This document shows, in pieces, positions 27,644 through 37,220 of a DNA stretch of 39,062 nt. Location: positions 1-39,062 of the forward strand of contig JAUNRI010000001.1 in assembly GCA_030535695.1 (NCBI GenBank). Direction: 5' to 3'. How positions within the stretch are numbered: position 1 is the stretch's first letter; each line of letters starts with the position of its first letter. The notes below the pieces were generated by a model, which saw nothing but the letters and a program-made list of their open reading frames with translations, did not search any database and was not told the DNA's origin. The position numbers were made by a program, and so were the translations under genes. Origin of the DNA: Candidatus Saccharimonadota bacterium. GTDB taxonomy: Bacteria; Patescibacteriota; Saccharimonadia; Saccharimonadales; Saccharimonadaceae.

Positions 27644-29103
27644 ATGCCAAATTCCTCTCCTTTAAATTTTACCAATACGTTCTCAAAATCACCATATATT
27701 ATATATAGTGCTGTATCTTTCAAAACTGGCAAATTTTTATTGGTTAAATCCACATTCGGATCATATATCAAGCCAGGGATTCCCGACGCCTCCGTCAGCC
27801 GATATGCCATCCATGGCACGTCCGTTCCAAAACTAGATTTTAGAAGCCTTCTCAAAATCAAGTAGTCTTTTTCTGGCATATGTTTTATCGCCGGCGCAAA
27901 ATCAATCTGCCCTACCACCTGAATATCTCTCATTTTCCCATCGCTCATAATTTCATTAAGATCCGCTATCGCCATATCCAGCTGCATATTTCTAAAACTA
28001 TTTTGCTCGTTCAGCGCATTCCCGTAAGTGAACGAAAACGAGAAAAAGCACCAAGCCAAAATCGCCACCGGTATCGCCAAAAACCACTCTTTTTTTACGT
28101 CCGATATTATATAAATCCCAATTATCGCAATAAACGCACCAACTGCATACATCGCCCGCGCAGTATAAAGTGGCTTCGAAAGCGCCGCGTAAAACAAATA
28201 GCACATGAGAAGCATCGCAAGAATTCCAACAATCCCCAAAACACAGGCCAAAATTTTATTTCTCTTGCTTCTCATCGCAAACATCACCACAAAGCCCACC
28301 ATCATAATCCCAATCAAGACCAACCACAAAATCCTAAAATCGGAAAATAATAGCTCAAAATAGTGCCCAAGGTGCGCAAATAGCGACGGGAAAAATTCTG
28401 TAATCCCCGGCAGCTCATTAGATACATATACATCTTTTGGTGTCATCAATATTTTTTGAAATACCAAAAGCGTCGCAAGAAACACCACCGCCGAAATCAA
28501 AATATTTTTGATAATTTCTTTATTTTTAATCTCATTATTATTCCAGTCTTTCAAACTCATAAAAATTATCATCATCGGATAAATCCCAATAGACGCCTGG
28601 TAAGTTGTACAAACTCCCAAAATCCCCACCACTGAAGCCAAAATAAACTGCCATTTTTTGCGCCGATAAAACATCAATGGCATCACTGCAAAAAATACCG
28701 AAAGCGCCATATACACAGAATCGTATTGATAAGACAAACATTCCAACATATATGGACAAAGAGCCAGTGGCACCACTGCCACTAACCTTAGAGTCCAGCG
28801 TGTCCATTTTTCTTCAAAGATTTCTTTCCCACACACCAATCCCACCATCATCACCGACAAAACCGCCAAAACTCCTGCCGCCAAAATTTGCGGCAACGGT
28901 GCAATATTTGTCAAATAAGTATCCGCATGTATCATACGTGACAAAACCGTACTACCATATCTACTATATGCCGCCCAACCGCCATACCCATAATTAGTTC
29001 TAGCCGCATCATCTGCATAATGCACATTAGCAAGTATAATCGCTGAAATCCCCAAAAGATAAATTAAAAACATCACCAATACAGGTTTCCACAACCTCTT
29101 CAT
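27631..29103 (-). CDS. GtrII-like integral membrane glycosyltransferase (GT-C)
   Basis: YADDAAR...GW...SR, APLPQ, PYMLECLSYQYDS, YQAS, ARAM; about 10 TMs; adjacent to gtrB and gtrA homologs. Confidence 0.8.
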   Translation of the reverse strand: MKRLWKPVLVMFLIYLLGISAIILANVHYADDAARTNYGYGGWAAYSRYGSTVLSRMIHADTYLTNIAPLPQILAAGVLAVLSVMMVGLVCGKEIFEEKWTRWTLRLVAVVPLALCPYMLECLSYQYDSVYMALSVFFAVMPLMFYRRKKWQFILASVVGILGVCTTYQASIGIYPMMIIFMSLKDWNNNEIKNKEIIKNILISAVVFLATLLVFQKILMTPKDVYVSNELPGITEFFPSLFAHLGHYFELLFSDFRILWLVLIGIMMVGFVVMFAMRSKRNKILACVLGIVGILAMLLMCYLFYAALSKPLYTARAMYAVGAFIAIIGIYIISDVKKEWFLAIPVAILAWCFFSFSFTYGNALNEQNSFRNMQLDMAIADLNEIMSDGKMRDIQVVGQIDFAPAIKHMPEKDYLILRRLLKSSFGTDVPWMAYRLTEASGIPGLIYDPNVDLTNKNLPVLKDTALYIIYGDFENVLVKFKGEEFGIWEN

Positions 29104-29144
29104 ATCTTATATTATACCACTTATATGGTATAATAATAAGAATG
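29101..29144. promoter_or_regulatory. Back-to-back divergent extended -10 promoters (leaderless) forming an inverted repeat
   Basis: CAT-N7-ATTATACCA-cttata-TGGTATAAT-N7-ATG. Confidence 0.78.
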
Positions 29145-29660
29145 AAATCCGACGAACCAAAAGAGCCAAAAACTCCCAAAGAAACTAAAACTGCCCAACA
29201 CGCCGGCAGATATTTAATCGTGGGCATCATTTTAACTGTTTTTAATTACGGCGTATACACTATCCTCGCCAATGTTATTTTCAACAATCCAGATCTCTTA
29301 TGGCTTTGTACTCTTATTGCCACCACCCTCACCACCTTTTTGGCATACTTACTCCATTCTAAAATCACCTGGAAAGAACGCAAAGTTTCAAAAACTGCCA
29401 TTTATAAATTCTTTATCTGGAATTTTTTGGCCGCCTTTTTACTTGGTCCTGGTCTTACTCAACTGTTCAGCCTCATCACCCCATTATATGAATTAGCTTT
29501 CAACATCTGCCAAAACATGCATATCGATTTCACTTACGAATTTGTCTTATCCACTGGCGCATTCGTTCTTACAAACGCCATTTTAATGGTATTAAATTTC
29601 CTATTTTATGATAAATTCGTTTTTGGCAAAACTAAAAAACCAAAAAAGGAGGAAGAGTGA
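29142..29660 (+). CDS. GtrA-family flippase-like protein
   Basis: RYLIVG...FNYGVY, YLLHSKITW, KFF, NFLFYDKFVF; four TMs. Confidence 0.85.
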   Translation: MKSDEPKEPKTPKETKTAQHAGRYLIVGIILTVFNYGVYTILANVIFNNPDLLWLCTLIATTLTTFLAYLLHSKITWKERKVSKTAIYKFFIWNFLAAFLLGPGLTQLFSLITPLYELAFNICQNMHIDFTYEFVLSTGAFVLTNAILMVLNFLFYDKFVFGKTKKPKKEEE

Positions 29661-30667
29661 AAATTTTAGTCACCGGAGGCACCGGCTATATTGGTTCTCA
29701 CATGGTTGTAGAACTTTTAAATGAAGGTCACGAAGTTATTATTATAGACAGTCTAGTAAACAGCAAAATTGAGGTCCTAAACAAGATTCAAGAAATTGCC
29801 AAAAAAACTCCGATTTTTTATCAAGAAAATCTCACCGATCATACCGCTCTTGAAGAAATTTTCAAAAACCACTCTTTTGATTTAGTTATTCATTTTGCTG
29901 GACTCAAATCTGTCTCCGAATCTGTTGAAAAACCACTTCTCTATTATCAAAACAATCTTGCCAGCACTATCAATCTTCTCGATTGTATGCAAAATCATAA
30001 GATCAAAAAAATCATTTTTTCATCTTCTGCTACAGTCTATGGCGGTTCTAATGAGAGCGAGTGTATCGAAACTATGCCTACTGGTCAAAATATTACCAAT
30101 CCTTATGGCAAAACCAAATGCATGATTGAAGAAATCCTTAAAGATGTCTGCATATCAGATCCGGAATTTTCTGCAATTGCCTTGCGTTATTTTAACCCCA
30201 TTGGCAATCATAGTTCTGGCCTAATTGGCGAAAACCCCAACGGTATTCCTAATAATCTTATGCCATATATTATGAAAGTAGCCGCTGGCGAATTAGAAAC
30301 ACTCTCTATTTACGGCAACGATTATAATACACCTGATGGTACTTGCCGCCGTGATTTCATCCACGTTGTAGATTTAGCTAAAGGACACCTAGCTGCCATT
30401 CCTGCCTTAGAAGCTCCTGGATTCAAAACTTATAATCTTGGAACTGGCACCCCCACTTCCGTACTAGAAATGGTCAACACTTTTGAAAAAATCAGTGGTC
30501 GCCCACTTCCCCACCAATTTGCCCCTCGTCGCCCTGGCGATCTTGCCGAAATCTGGGCCAACCCATCAAAAGCTGAGCGAGAATTAGGCTGGCAAACCAA
30601 ACTCACCATAGAAGATGCCATCAGAGACACCCTCACATTCTTAGAAAACACCCGTAAAATATGGTAA
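29657..30667 (+). CDS. galE: UDP-glucose 4-epimerase
   Basis: GGTGYIGSH, HFAGLKSV, FSSSATVYG, YGKTK, LRYFNP, PNNLMPY, DGTCRRDFIHV; GTG start with SD AGGAGG. Confidence 0.96.
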   Translation: MKILVTGGTGYIGSHMVVELLNEGHEVIIIDSLVNSKIEVLNKIQEIAKKTPIFYQENLTDHTALEEIFKNHSFDLVIHFAGLKSVSESVEKPLLYYQNNLASTINLLDCMQNHKIKKIIFSSSATVYGGSNESECIETMPTGQNITNPYGKTKCMIEEILKDVCISDPEFSAIALRYFNPIGNHSSGLIGENPNGIPNNLMPYIMKVAAGELETLSIYGNDYNTPDGTCRRDFIHVVDLAKGHLAAIPALEAPGFKTYNLGTGTPTSVLEMVNTFEKISGRPLPHQFAPRRPGDLAEIWANPSKAERELGWQTKLTIEDAIRDTLTFLENTRKIW

Positions 30668-30677
30668 AATATATTAT

Positions 30678-31490
30678 ATGGCAATCCCTAATTTCCTGTA
30701 CAAAAATAATCGCGTACTCTTAAAGGAGCTTACTAAAACTGACTTCAAGCTCCGTTATCAAGGTTCCGTCCTAGGTTACCTATGGGCACTTCTTCGCCCA
30801 TTAATGATGTTCGCTATATTATATGTAGTGTTTGCTAAATTACTCCGTTTTGGTGGAGACATTCCCCACTATCCAGTTTACCTTCTTGCCGGAACTACCC
30901 TCTGGAGTTTCTTTACTGAATGTACCAACCAAGGCATTCAAGCTATGATCGCTCGTGGTGATCTCATCCGTAAGATTTGTTTTCCTAAATATATCGTGGT
31001 AGTATCCTCTACCCTCACTGCCGTAATCAATCTCGCCATCAATCTTGTGGTTGTTATTATCTTTGCCCTCATTAATGGCGTCACTCCTTCTTGGACCTGG
31101 CTTATCGTTCCAGTTTTAGTTTTAGAGCTCTATACACTTTCTCTCGGTATTTCTTTCCTACTCGGTGCTATCAATGTTAAATATCGCGATATCACTTCTA
31201 TTTGGGACGTACTTATTCAAGCTCTTTTCTATGCCGTACCAATTATCTATCCTATTACTATGGTTGCGGCCACTTCTACTACTGCCGCTAAAGCCATTTT
31301 GATGAACCCGCTTGCTCAAATTATCCAAGATATTCGCTATTGCCTTATCACCGACCAAACCGTTACTACTTGGAGCTTTGTTGGCAATCCTTTCCTAAAA
31401 GTTGTTCCTATTATTCTAGTGCTACTCATTTTAGTCTGGGGTTCTTGGTATTTCCGTAAAAGATCTAAAAAATTCGCGGAGGAAATCTAA
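30678..31490 (+). CDS. wzm: Polysaccharide ABC exporter permease (Wzm/RgpC-like)
   Basis: DFKLRYQGSVLGYLWALLRPL, six TMs, FYAVPIIYP, NPLAQII, FAEEI. Confidence 0.92.
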   Translation: MAIPNFLYKNNRVLLKELTKTDFKLRYQGSVLGYLWALLRPLMMFAILYVVFAKLLRFGGDIPHYPVYLLAGTTLWSFFTECTNQGIQAMIARGDLIRKICFPKYIVVVSSTLTAVINLAINLVVVIIFALINGVTPSWTWLIVPVLVLELYTLSLGISFLLGAINVKYRDITSIWDVLIQALFYAVPIIYPITMVAATSTTAAKAILMNPLAQIIQDIRYCLITDQTVTTWSFVGNPFLKVVPIILVLLILVWGSWYFRKRSKKFAEEI

Positions 31491-32233
31491 TGGAAGAAAC
31501 TGCGCCTATTGCTATTTCCGTCAAAAACTTAAGCAAGAGTTTTAAACTCCCTACCGAACGTGCTGGTGGTCTCAAACAAGCTATCTTTAATCGCCTCAAA
31601 GGCATCAAAGGTTACACCGAACAAAAAGTTCTAGATAATATTAGTTTTGATGTCCACCAAAATGAATTCGTTGGCATCGTTGGCCGCAATGGTTCCGGTA
31701 AATCTACTCTGCTCAAAACCCTTGCCAAAATCTACTTCCCAGAAAAAGGTTCTGTAGAGATTAATGGTTCTCTAGTACCATTTATCGAACTCGGTGTAGG
31801 GTTCAATCCAGAATTATCTGGCCGTGAAAACATTTACCTAAATGGGGCCCTTCTTGGTTTTTCCAATAAAGAAATGGAAGCTATGTATGATGAGATCGTT
31901 GATTTTGCCGAACTTCGCCCCTTTATGGACCAAAAATTAAAGAATTTCTCTTCTGGTATGCAAGTACGTTTAGCCTTTTCTATCGCTATCCGTGCCAAAG
32001 GCGACATCTTACTTCTTGACGAAGTTCTCGCCGTTGGCGATGCTGAATTCCAGAAAAAATGTACCGATTATTTTGCATCCATCAAAGGCAAACAAACTGT
32101 CATTTTAGTCACTCATGACATGGCAAATGTTAATAAGTTTTGTACCCGTGCGATATTAATCGAACAAGGAAAGGTCAAACTTGATGGCGAACCAAAAAAA
32201 GTCACCGAAGCCTACAAAAAACTTTGGCAATAA
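31490..32233 (+). CDS. wzt: Polysaccharide ABC exporter ATPase (Wzt/RgpD-like), no C-terminal carbohydrate-binding module
   Basis: GRNGSGKST, GFNPELSGREN, FSSGMQVRLAF, LLLDEVLAVGD, VTHD. Confidence 0.93.
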   Translation: MEETAPIAISVKNLSKSFKLPTERAGGLKQAIFNRLKGIKGYTEQKVLDNISFDVHQNEFVGIVGRNGSGKSTLLKTLAKIYFPEKGSVEINGSLVPFIELGVGFNPELSGRENIYLNGALLGFSNKEMEAMYDEIVDFAELRPFMDQKLKNFSSGMQVRLAFSIAIRAKGDILLLDEVLAVGDAEFQKKCTDYFASIKGKQTVILVTHDMANVNKFCTRAILIEQGKVKLDGEPKKVTEAYKKLWQ

Positions 32234-33680
32234 AATCTTAGATCAAACCATCGACAAACTAAAAGCCCTACCATGGAAATATATTTCTCTCGTCTTAATT
32301 ACTTTATTCTTCTTCTCGTTTGTTGCAATTTTAACTTATGATAGCGGGCATTACTTAGGATACGTCTCTATCTTTGAGGGGAATGCCCCTGCTTCTAGTT
32401 GGGATATCGTACGTGGCCCAGTTTTCCCTGGCATCATATATCTTTTTAACGTATTTTTTGGCAAAACCAACGCTGGCATTTTAGTTGGGCTTTTTGTGTT
32501 TTATCTTATTTTTATCTGTATTTGCTATAAGATTCTTGACGAAATCTGTCAAAATTATAAACATAAAAAACTCATCAAAGTTATTGCGTTTATCATACTA
32601 ACTTTAAATCCACTTATCTTTGGTTATTTCCATGTGCTTCTTACCGAATTTGTAGCCATCACTATTACCATGCTAAACATTTTAATGGCATATCGTTGGC
32701 TATTTATTAAACACAACAAAAAGTCGCTCATTCTTTATGCTGTTTATTTTGTATTCTCCACTATTTTCTGTTATCATCTCAAACAACCATATATCATTAT
32801 AGCAATTATTCCACCTCTCACCGCAGCAATCATTTCTATAGTTAAAAACCATCGCTGGAAAAATATTTTGTATCGTTTTGGTACAATTGTTGTGTCGGGA
32901 ATTTTTCTCTTATTTAGCATTCTAGCTTGGAATGGCATCCTCGATAAAATGGGTGTAGATAAAAATACCGGCAGAGATTCCGCCTCTATGCTCGGACAAC
33001 AACTATTATTAGCCTATCAAATTCCTTATGACAACGATGGCGATGGTGAAAACGACAAAGTCTCCACCACCGAAGCAGTCGGTATCATCCTAAATGAATT
33101 CATCAAAAATCCTAAAAAAATCACTAAAATTTATTTACAAAATTACTGTGGACTTACTAGTATGTGCGAAATTACCACTCCAAATGGTCATGATTTCTTC
33201 TCTACTGGAAATCTAGTTGGACTTGCAACCTACGAAAACACTTTCATTGGCTACTCGACTTTTAGAGAAGAGCCGAACGTATCTCCAATGAAAGAAGAAA
33301 TGACAGCCCGAGCCTCTGTTTACGAAGTTAATACTTATGGTAAAAATATTTTTGCAAAATTCTATGACAACCTCAGAATCCCATCAAATGTTCTCTTCAA
33401 AATTGCCACTGTAACATATCCAATCTTCCTCATTTTTATTATTATCATTCATCACAAAGACAAAAAGCGCAAATATTCCAAACTTTTTTACTTAAATATT
33501 ATATTACTAACCACTACTGCTATCCATATGATTGTTAGTGCTGGTATTGGCCTTATTATTGATCGTTATGCAGTAGAAATAGTTGCCCCATCGCTCCTAG
33601 GTATCTTTGGCTCTATTACGTATTCTTATCTAATTCTCAAAAATCCAATCAAGGAAAAATTCCATGGAAAAAAGAAATAA
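32184..33680 (+). CDS. Polytopic membrane protein, probable GT-C glycosyltransferase
   Basis: TYDSGHY...RGPVFP first loop, LLTEF, LKQ, late DRY motif; about 11 TMs. Start uncertain; overlaps wzt by ~50 nt. Confidence 0.65.
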   Translation: MANQKKSPKPTKNFGNKILDQTIDKLKALPWKYISLVLITLFFFSFVAILTYDSGHYLGYVSIFEGNAPASSWDIVRGPVFPGIIYLFNVFFGKTNAGILVGLFVFYLIFICICYKILDEICQNYKHKKLIKVIAFIILTLNPLIFGYFHVLLTEFVAITITMLNILMAYRWLFIKHNKKSLILYAVYFVFSTIFCYHLKQPYIIIAIIPPLTAAIISIVKNHRWKNILYRFGTIVVSGIFLLFSILAWNGILDKMGVDKNTGRDSASMLGQQLLLAYQIPYDNDGDGENDKVSTTEAVGIILNEFIKNPKKITKIYLQNYCGLTSMCEITTPNGHDFFSTGNLVGLATYENTFIGYSTFREEPNVSPMKEEMTARASVYEVNTYGKNIFAKFYDNLRIPSNVLFKIATVTYPIFLIFIIIIHHKDKKRKYSKLFYLNIILLTTTAIHMIVSAGIGLIIDRYAVEIVAPSLLGIFGSITYSYLILKNPIKEKFHGKKK

Positions 33681-34392
33681 AATCCTCGTTATTATTCCTG
33701 CTTACAATGAAGCCAAAAACATTGGCCCAGTTCTAGAAAGTCTCAAAAAAGAAGTCTTCTACGCAGACGTCATTGTCATTGACGACCATTCCACTGACAG
33801 CACCAAAGAAGTTGTAGAAAAAAATAACATCAAATGCATCACAAATGTTTTTAACATGCGTTATGCCTGGACCGTCCAAACCGGCATAAAGTACGCAGAA
33901 TATCACAACTATGATTATGCTATTTTTATGGACGCCGATGGGCAACATTTGGCTAGCGAAGCAGCCAAATTATATGACACCATGATTAATACAAACTCCG
34001 ACATCGTTATTGGCTCGCGATATCTTAAAGACACTGGTTACAAATGCCCTCTGTTTCGCAAAATTGGTACCAAATTTTTCGCTGGCCTAGTCAGACTATT
34101 CACTGGTAAAAAAATCGCCGATCCTCTAAGCGGCTTCCAGTGTATTAATAAAAAAGTTATAGATTTTTGGAGTAAATGTGGAAATTACCCAGAATATCCA
34201 GATGCCAATCTAATCATCGAAATGCTTTTGAGGGGCTACAAAATTACCGAAACTCCAGTCAAGATGAAAAACCGCGAAAGCGGAGCGTCCATGCACTCTG
34301 GTATCTGGAAACCAATCAAATACATGACCACACAATTTTATACATGCATCGTCACATTTGTAAAATATATTGGTAAAAGGAGGATCAAATGA
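33664..34392 (+). CDS. GT2 polyprenol-phosphate glycosyltransferase (DPM1/GacI-like)
   Basis: IIPAYNE, IDDHSTD, MDADGQH, VIGSRY, DPLSGF, YPEYPD, RESGASMH. Confidence 0.9.
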   Translation: MEKRNKILVIIPAYNEAKNIGPVLESLKKEVFYADVIVIDDHSTDSTKEVVEKNNIKCITNVFNMRYAWTVQTGIKYAEYHNYDYAIFMDADGQHLASEAAKLYDTMINTNSDIVIGSRYLKDTGYKCPLFRKIGTKFFAGLVRLFTGKKIADPLSGFQCINKKVIDFWSKCGNYPEYPDANLIIEMLLRGYKITETPVKMKNRESGASMHSGIWKPIKYMTTQFYTCIVTFVKYIGKRRIK

Positions 34393-34721
34393 CACCTACA
34401 AGTATTTTTCTAACTATCATCGCAATTCTTGTTATTTTATATATTTTAATTTCAATCAGAAAGAACAAATTAAGCCCAGCAAACTCATTTATCTGGATTA
34501 TCTTTTGTATCGTTCTGCTCGTTCTGTCAATTTGGCCAGCATCATTAGACTGGCTCGCTAATTTACTTGGTATTTCTTATCCTCCAACACTATTCTTAGC
34601 TATTGCTATAGTTATTTTATTTATTATGAACTTTACTCAGTCCAAAAAAATCGAAGACTTACAAAAGAAGATCATTGACCTCGGCCAAGAATTAAGTATC
34701 CAAAAAGACAAAAAGAAATAA
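34389..34721 (+). CDS. DUF2304-family small membrane protein (GacJ-like partner)
   Basis: Three TMs, IRKNKL...W, LANLLGISYPP, C-terminal coil LGQELSI; ATGA overlap with the GT2 gene. Confidence 0.85.
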   Translation: MTPTSIFLTIIAILVILYILISIRKNKLSPANSFIWIIFCIVLLVLSIWPASLDWLANLLGISYPPTLFLAIAIVILFIMNFTQSKKIEDLQKKIIDLGQELSIQKDKKK

Positions 34722-34723
34722 TT

Positions 34724-35617
34724 TTATAGTTCTTCTATATATCTCTTCACCGCGTCTTGCCAAGAAGGCAAAGGCTCAAATCCAGCCTCAACAAGTTTAG
34801 CTTTATCAAGTCTAGAATTAAATGGCCTCTTCGCTACAGTTTTACCAGCTTTTTTCTCATATTCTTCTGTAGACACTGCCACAACTTTTACATCCATACC
34901 AGCGTCTTTATAAATTTCTTCTGCAAAATCAGCCCAAGAAATATATCCGCCCTCATTGGTCGCATGATAATATCCATATTTATCAGTTTCTATCATATCA
35001 ACCAGAAGTCTTGCAAGGTCAAACGTATATGTAGGTGTGCCAATTTGGTCCGAAACTACCTCCACTACATCGTGAGTTTCACCAACTTTAATCATAGTTT
35101 TAATGAAGTTATTCCCATTTTTACCAAATACCCATGCAATTCTCACAATGAAGTATTTATCAAGAATCTTGGAAACTTCTTTTTCGCCATCCAATTTAGA
35201 TTCACCATACACATTCAGCGGGGCATAATCTTTATCATCTGGTTCCCATGGCCTCTCACCTTGCCCATTAAATACATAATCCGTAGAAATATACATAAAT
35301 TTGGCGTCCACATCTTTAGCAGCTTTTGCTAGATTCGCAGTTCCTTCTACATTTACCGCCATAACTACGTCACGATTATTAGGATCTTCTGCACCATCCA
35401 CGTTAGTCCAAGCGGCACAGTGCACAATCGCATCTGGTTTTATTTCATTAACAACTTCAGAAACTTTTTTTGCATCAGTAATATCAAGAATTACGTGCTC
35501 AAAATCGGCTTCCGATGCTGCTCTATCCGCACCAATACCCTCATGACCTCGCTTTTTGAGTTCCATCATTACATCGTAGCCTAGTTGACCAGATGTTCCT
35601 GTTACTAATACCTTCAT
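34724..35617 (-). CDS. rmlD: dTDP-4-dehydrorhamnose reductase
   Basis: VTGTSGQLG, HCAAWTNVD, ISTDYVF, YGESK, DQIGTPT; start corrected to ATG 35617. Confidence 0.96.
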   Translation of the reverse strand: MKVLVTGTSGQLGYDVMMELKKRGHEGIGADRAASEADFEHVILDITDAKKVSEVVNEIKPDAIVHCAAWTNVDGAEDPNNRDVVMAVNVEGTANLAKAAKDVDAKFMYISTDYVFNGQGERPWEPDDKDYAPLNVYGESKLDGEKEVSKILDKYFIVRIAWVFGKNGNNFIKTMIKVGETHDVVEVVSDQIGTPTYTFDLARLLVDMIETDKYGYYHATNEGGYISWADFAEEIYKDAGMDVKVVAVSTEEYEKKAGKTVAKRPFNSRLDKAKLVEAGFEPLPSWQDAVKRYIEEL

Positions 35618-35618
35618 T

Positions 35619-36656
35619 TTATTTTTCTCCATACATTTTATCGTAATAATTCTTATATTCACCAGAAATAATTTCTTCCCACCAATCTTTGTGGTCCAAA
35701 TACCATTGAATAGTTCTCACAATTCCATCTTCAAATTTAGTTTCTGGCTCCCAACCAAGTTCCCTCTTAATTTTAGCCGGATCAATTGCATAGCGGCGGT
35801 CGTGACCTTTTCTATCTTCCACAAACGTAATCAAAGATTCTGGCTTACCAAGTTCTTTCAAAATTAATTTCACAATTTCTATATTAGACTTTTCGTTGTG
35901 ACCACCTACATTAAAGACTTCTCCCACACAATCCGCATGGATAATCATATCAATTGCCTTACAGTGGTCTTCTACATATAGCCAGTCGCGAACATTCAGC
36001 CCATCACCATATACCGGCAAAGGCTTATCGTTCAAAGCATTAATTATCATCAAAGGAATCAATTTTTCTGGAAAATGATATGGACCGTAGTTATTTGAAC
36101 ATCTAGAAATAGATACTGGTAGTCCATAAGTTCTATGATACGCCAAAGTCACTAAATCTGCCGAAGCTTTAGATGCCGAATATGGCGAAGAGGCGTGAAG
36201 ATTGGTAGTTTCCGTGAAGAATAAATCTGGGCGATCAAGTGGCAAATCACCATAAACTTCGTCCGTAGAAACTTGGTGATAGCGTTTCACCCCGTGTTTT
36301 TTGCAAGCATCCATCAAAACCTGCGGCCCCATAATGTTAGTCTCAAGAAATGCTTGTGGATCTAAGATAGATCTATCTACATGCGATTCTGCTGCAAAAT
36401 TCACTACAATATCTGGCTTTTCTTCCACAAACAAATTTTCAACCAGCTCTGCATCCCTAATATCACCTTTTACAAAACGGAAATTATCTGGATGGTCTTT
36501 CATGGCTTTTTCGAGCGTGGATAAATTACCGGCATAAGTCAAAGCATCTAAACACACAATCCTATAAAACGGATATTTTTTAAGCATATAATATACAAAA
36601 TTAGAGCCAATAAACCCAGCCCCGCCCGTCACAATAATTGTTCTTTTGTCTTCCAC
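35619..36656 (-). CDS. rmlB: dTDP-glucose 4,6-dehydratase
   Basis: GGAGFIGSN, DALTYAGN, AAESHVDRS, STDEVYG, PYSASKAS, NNYGP; GTG start with SD AAGGAGG. Confidence 0.97.
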   Translation of the reverse strand: MEDKRTIIVTGGAGFIGSNFVYYMLKKYPFYRIVCLDALTYAGNLSTLEKAMKDHPDNFRFVKGDIRDAELVENLFVEEKPDIVVNFAAESHVDRSILDPQAFLETNIMGPQVLMDACKKHGVKRYHQVSTDEVYGDLPLDRPDLFFTETTNLHASSPYSASKASADLVTLAYHRTYGLPVSISRCSNNYGPYHFPEKLIPLMIINALNDKPLPVYGDGLNVRDWLYVEDHCKAIDMIIHADCVGEVFNVGGHNEKSNIEIVKLILKELGKPESLITFVEDRKGHDRRYAIDPAKIKRELGWEPETKFEDGIVRTIQWYLDHKDWWEEIISGEYKNYYDKMYGEK

Positions 36657-36665
36657 TTAGCCTCC

Positions 36666-37220
36666 TTATAAATTAAATTTAAAATCTAAATCTTCTAATT
36701 TTGGATGTTTCATATCCTTTTCAGACAAAATCACTTCCGCGTCAATTTCTGGCCAATCAATCCCACAAGAATCATACATCACACCACCTTCATCTTCTGG
36801 ATGATATACATCATCACATTTATAAACAAACTCTGCTGTATCCGAAACTACCAAGAATCCGTGTGCAAAACCTCTAGGAATCATCAGCTGTTTCTTATTA
36901 TCAGCCGAAAGCAGCACTCCAACCCATTTACCATAAGTGTCTGAACCTTCCCTAAGGTCCACCGCCACATCAAATACTTCACCAGAAATCACCCTCACAA
37001 GCTTAGCCTGTGGGTGGTTCTTCTGGAAATGAAGCCCCCTCAAAACGCCTTTTCTAGAAGAAGATTGATTGTCTTGCACAAAATTATAATTAAGCCCAGC
37101 TTCTTTAAATTCTTTTTCGGAATAAGTTTCCATAAAATAACCACGTTCATCTCCATAAACAGAAGGTTCAATTACATATACCCCCTCAATCTCAGTCATA
37201 TCAAATTTAAATTTTCCCAT
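36666..37220 (-). CDS. rmlC: dTDP-4-dehydrorhamnose 3,5-epimerase
   Basis: DERGYF, QDNQS, GVLRGLHFQ, DVAVDLR, GFAHGF. Confidence 0.97.
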   Translation of the reverse strand: MGKFKFDMTEIEGVYVIEPSVYGDERGYFMETYSEKEFKEAGLNYNFVQDNQSSSRKGVLRGLHFQKNHPQAKLVRVISGEVFDVAVDLREGSDTYGKWVGVLLSADNKKQLMIPRGFAHGFLVVSDTAEFVYKCDDVYHPEDEGGVMYDSCGIDWPEIDAEVILSEKDMKHPKLEDLDFKFNL

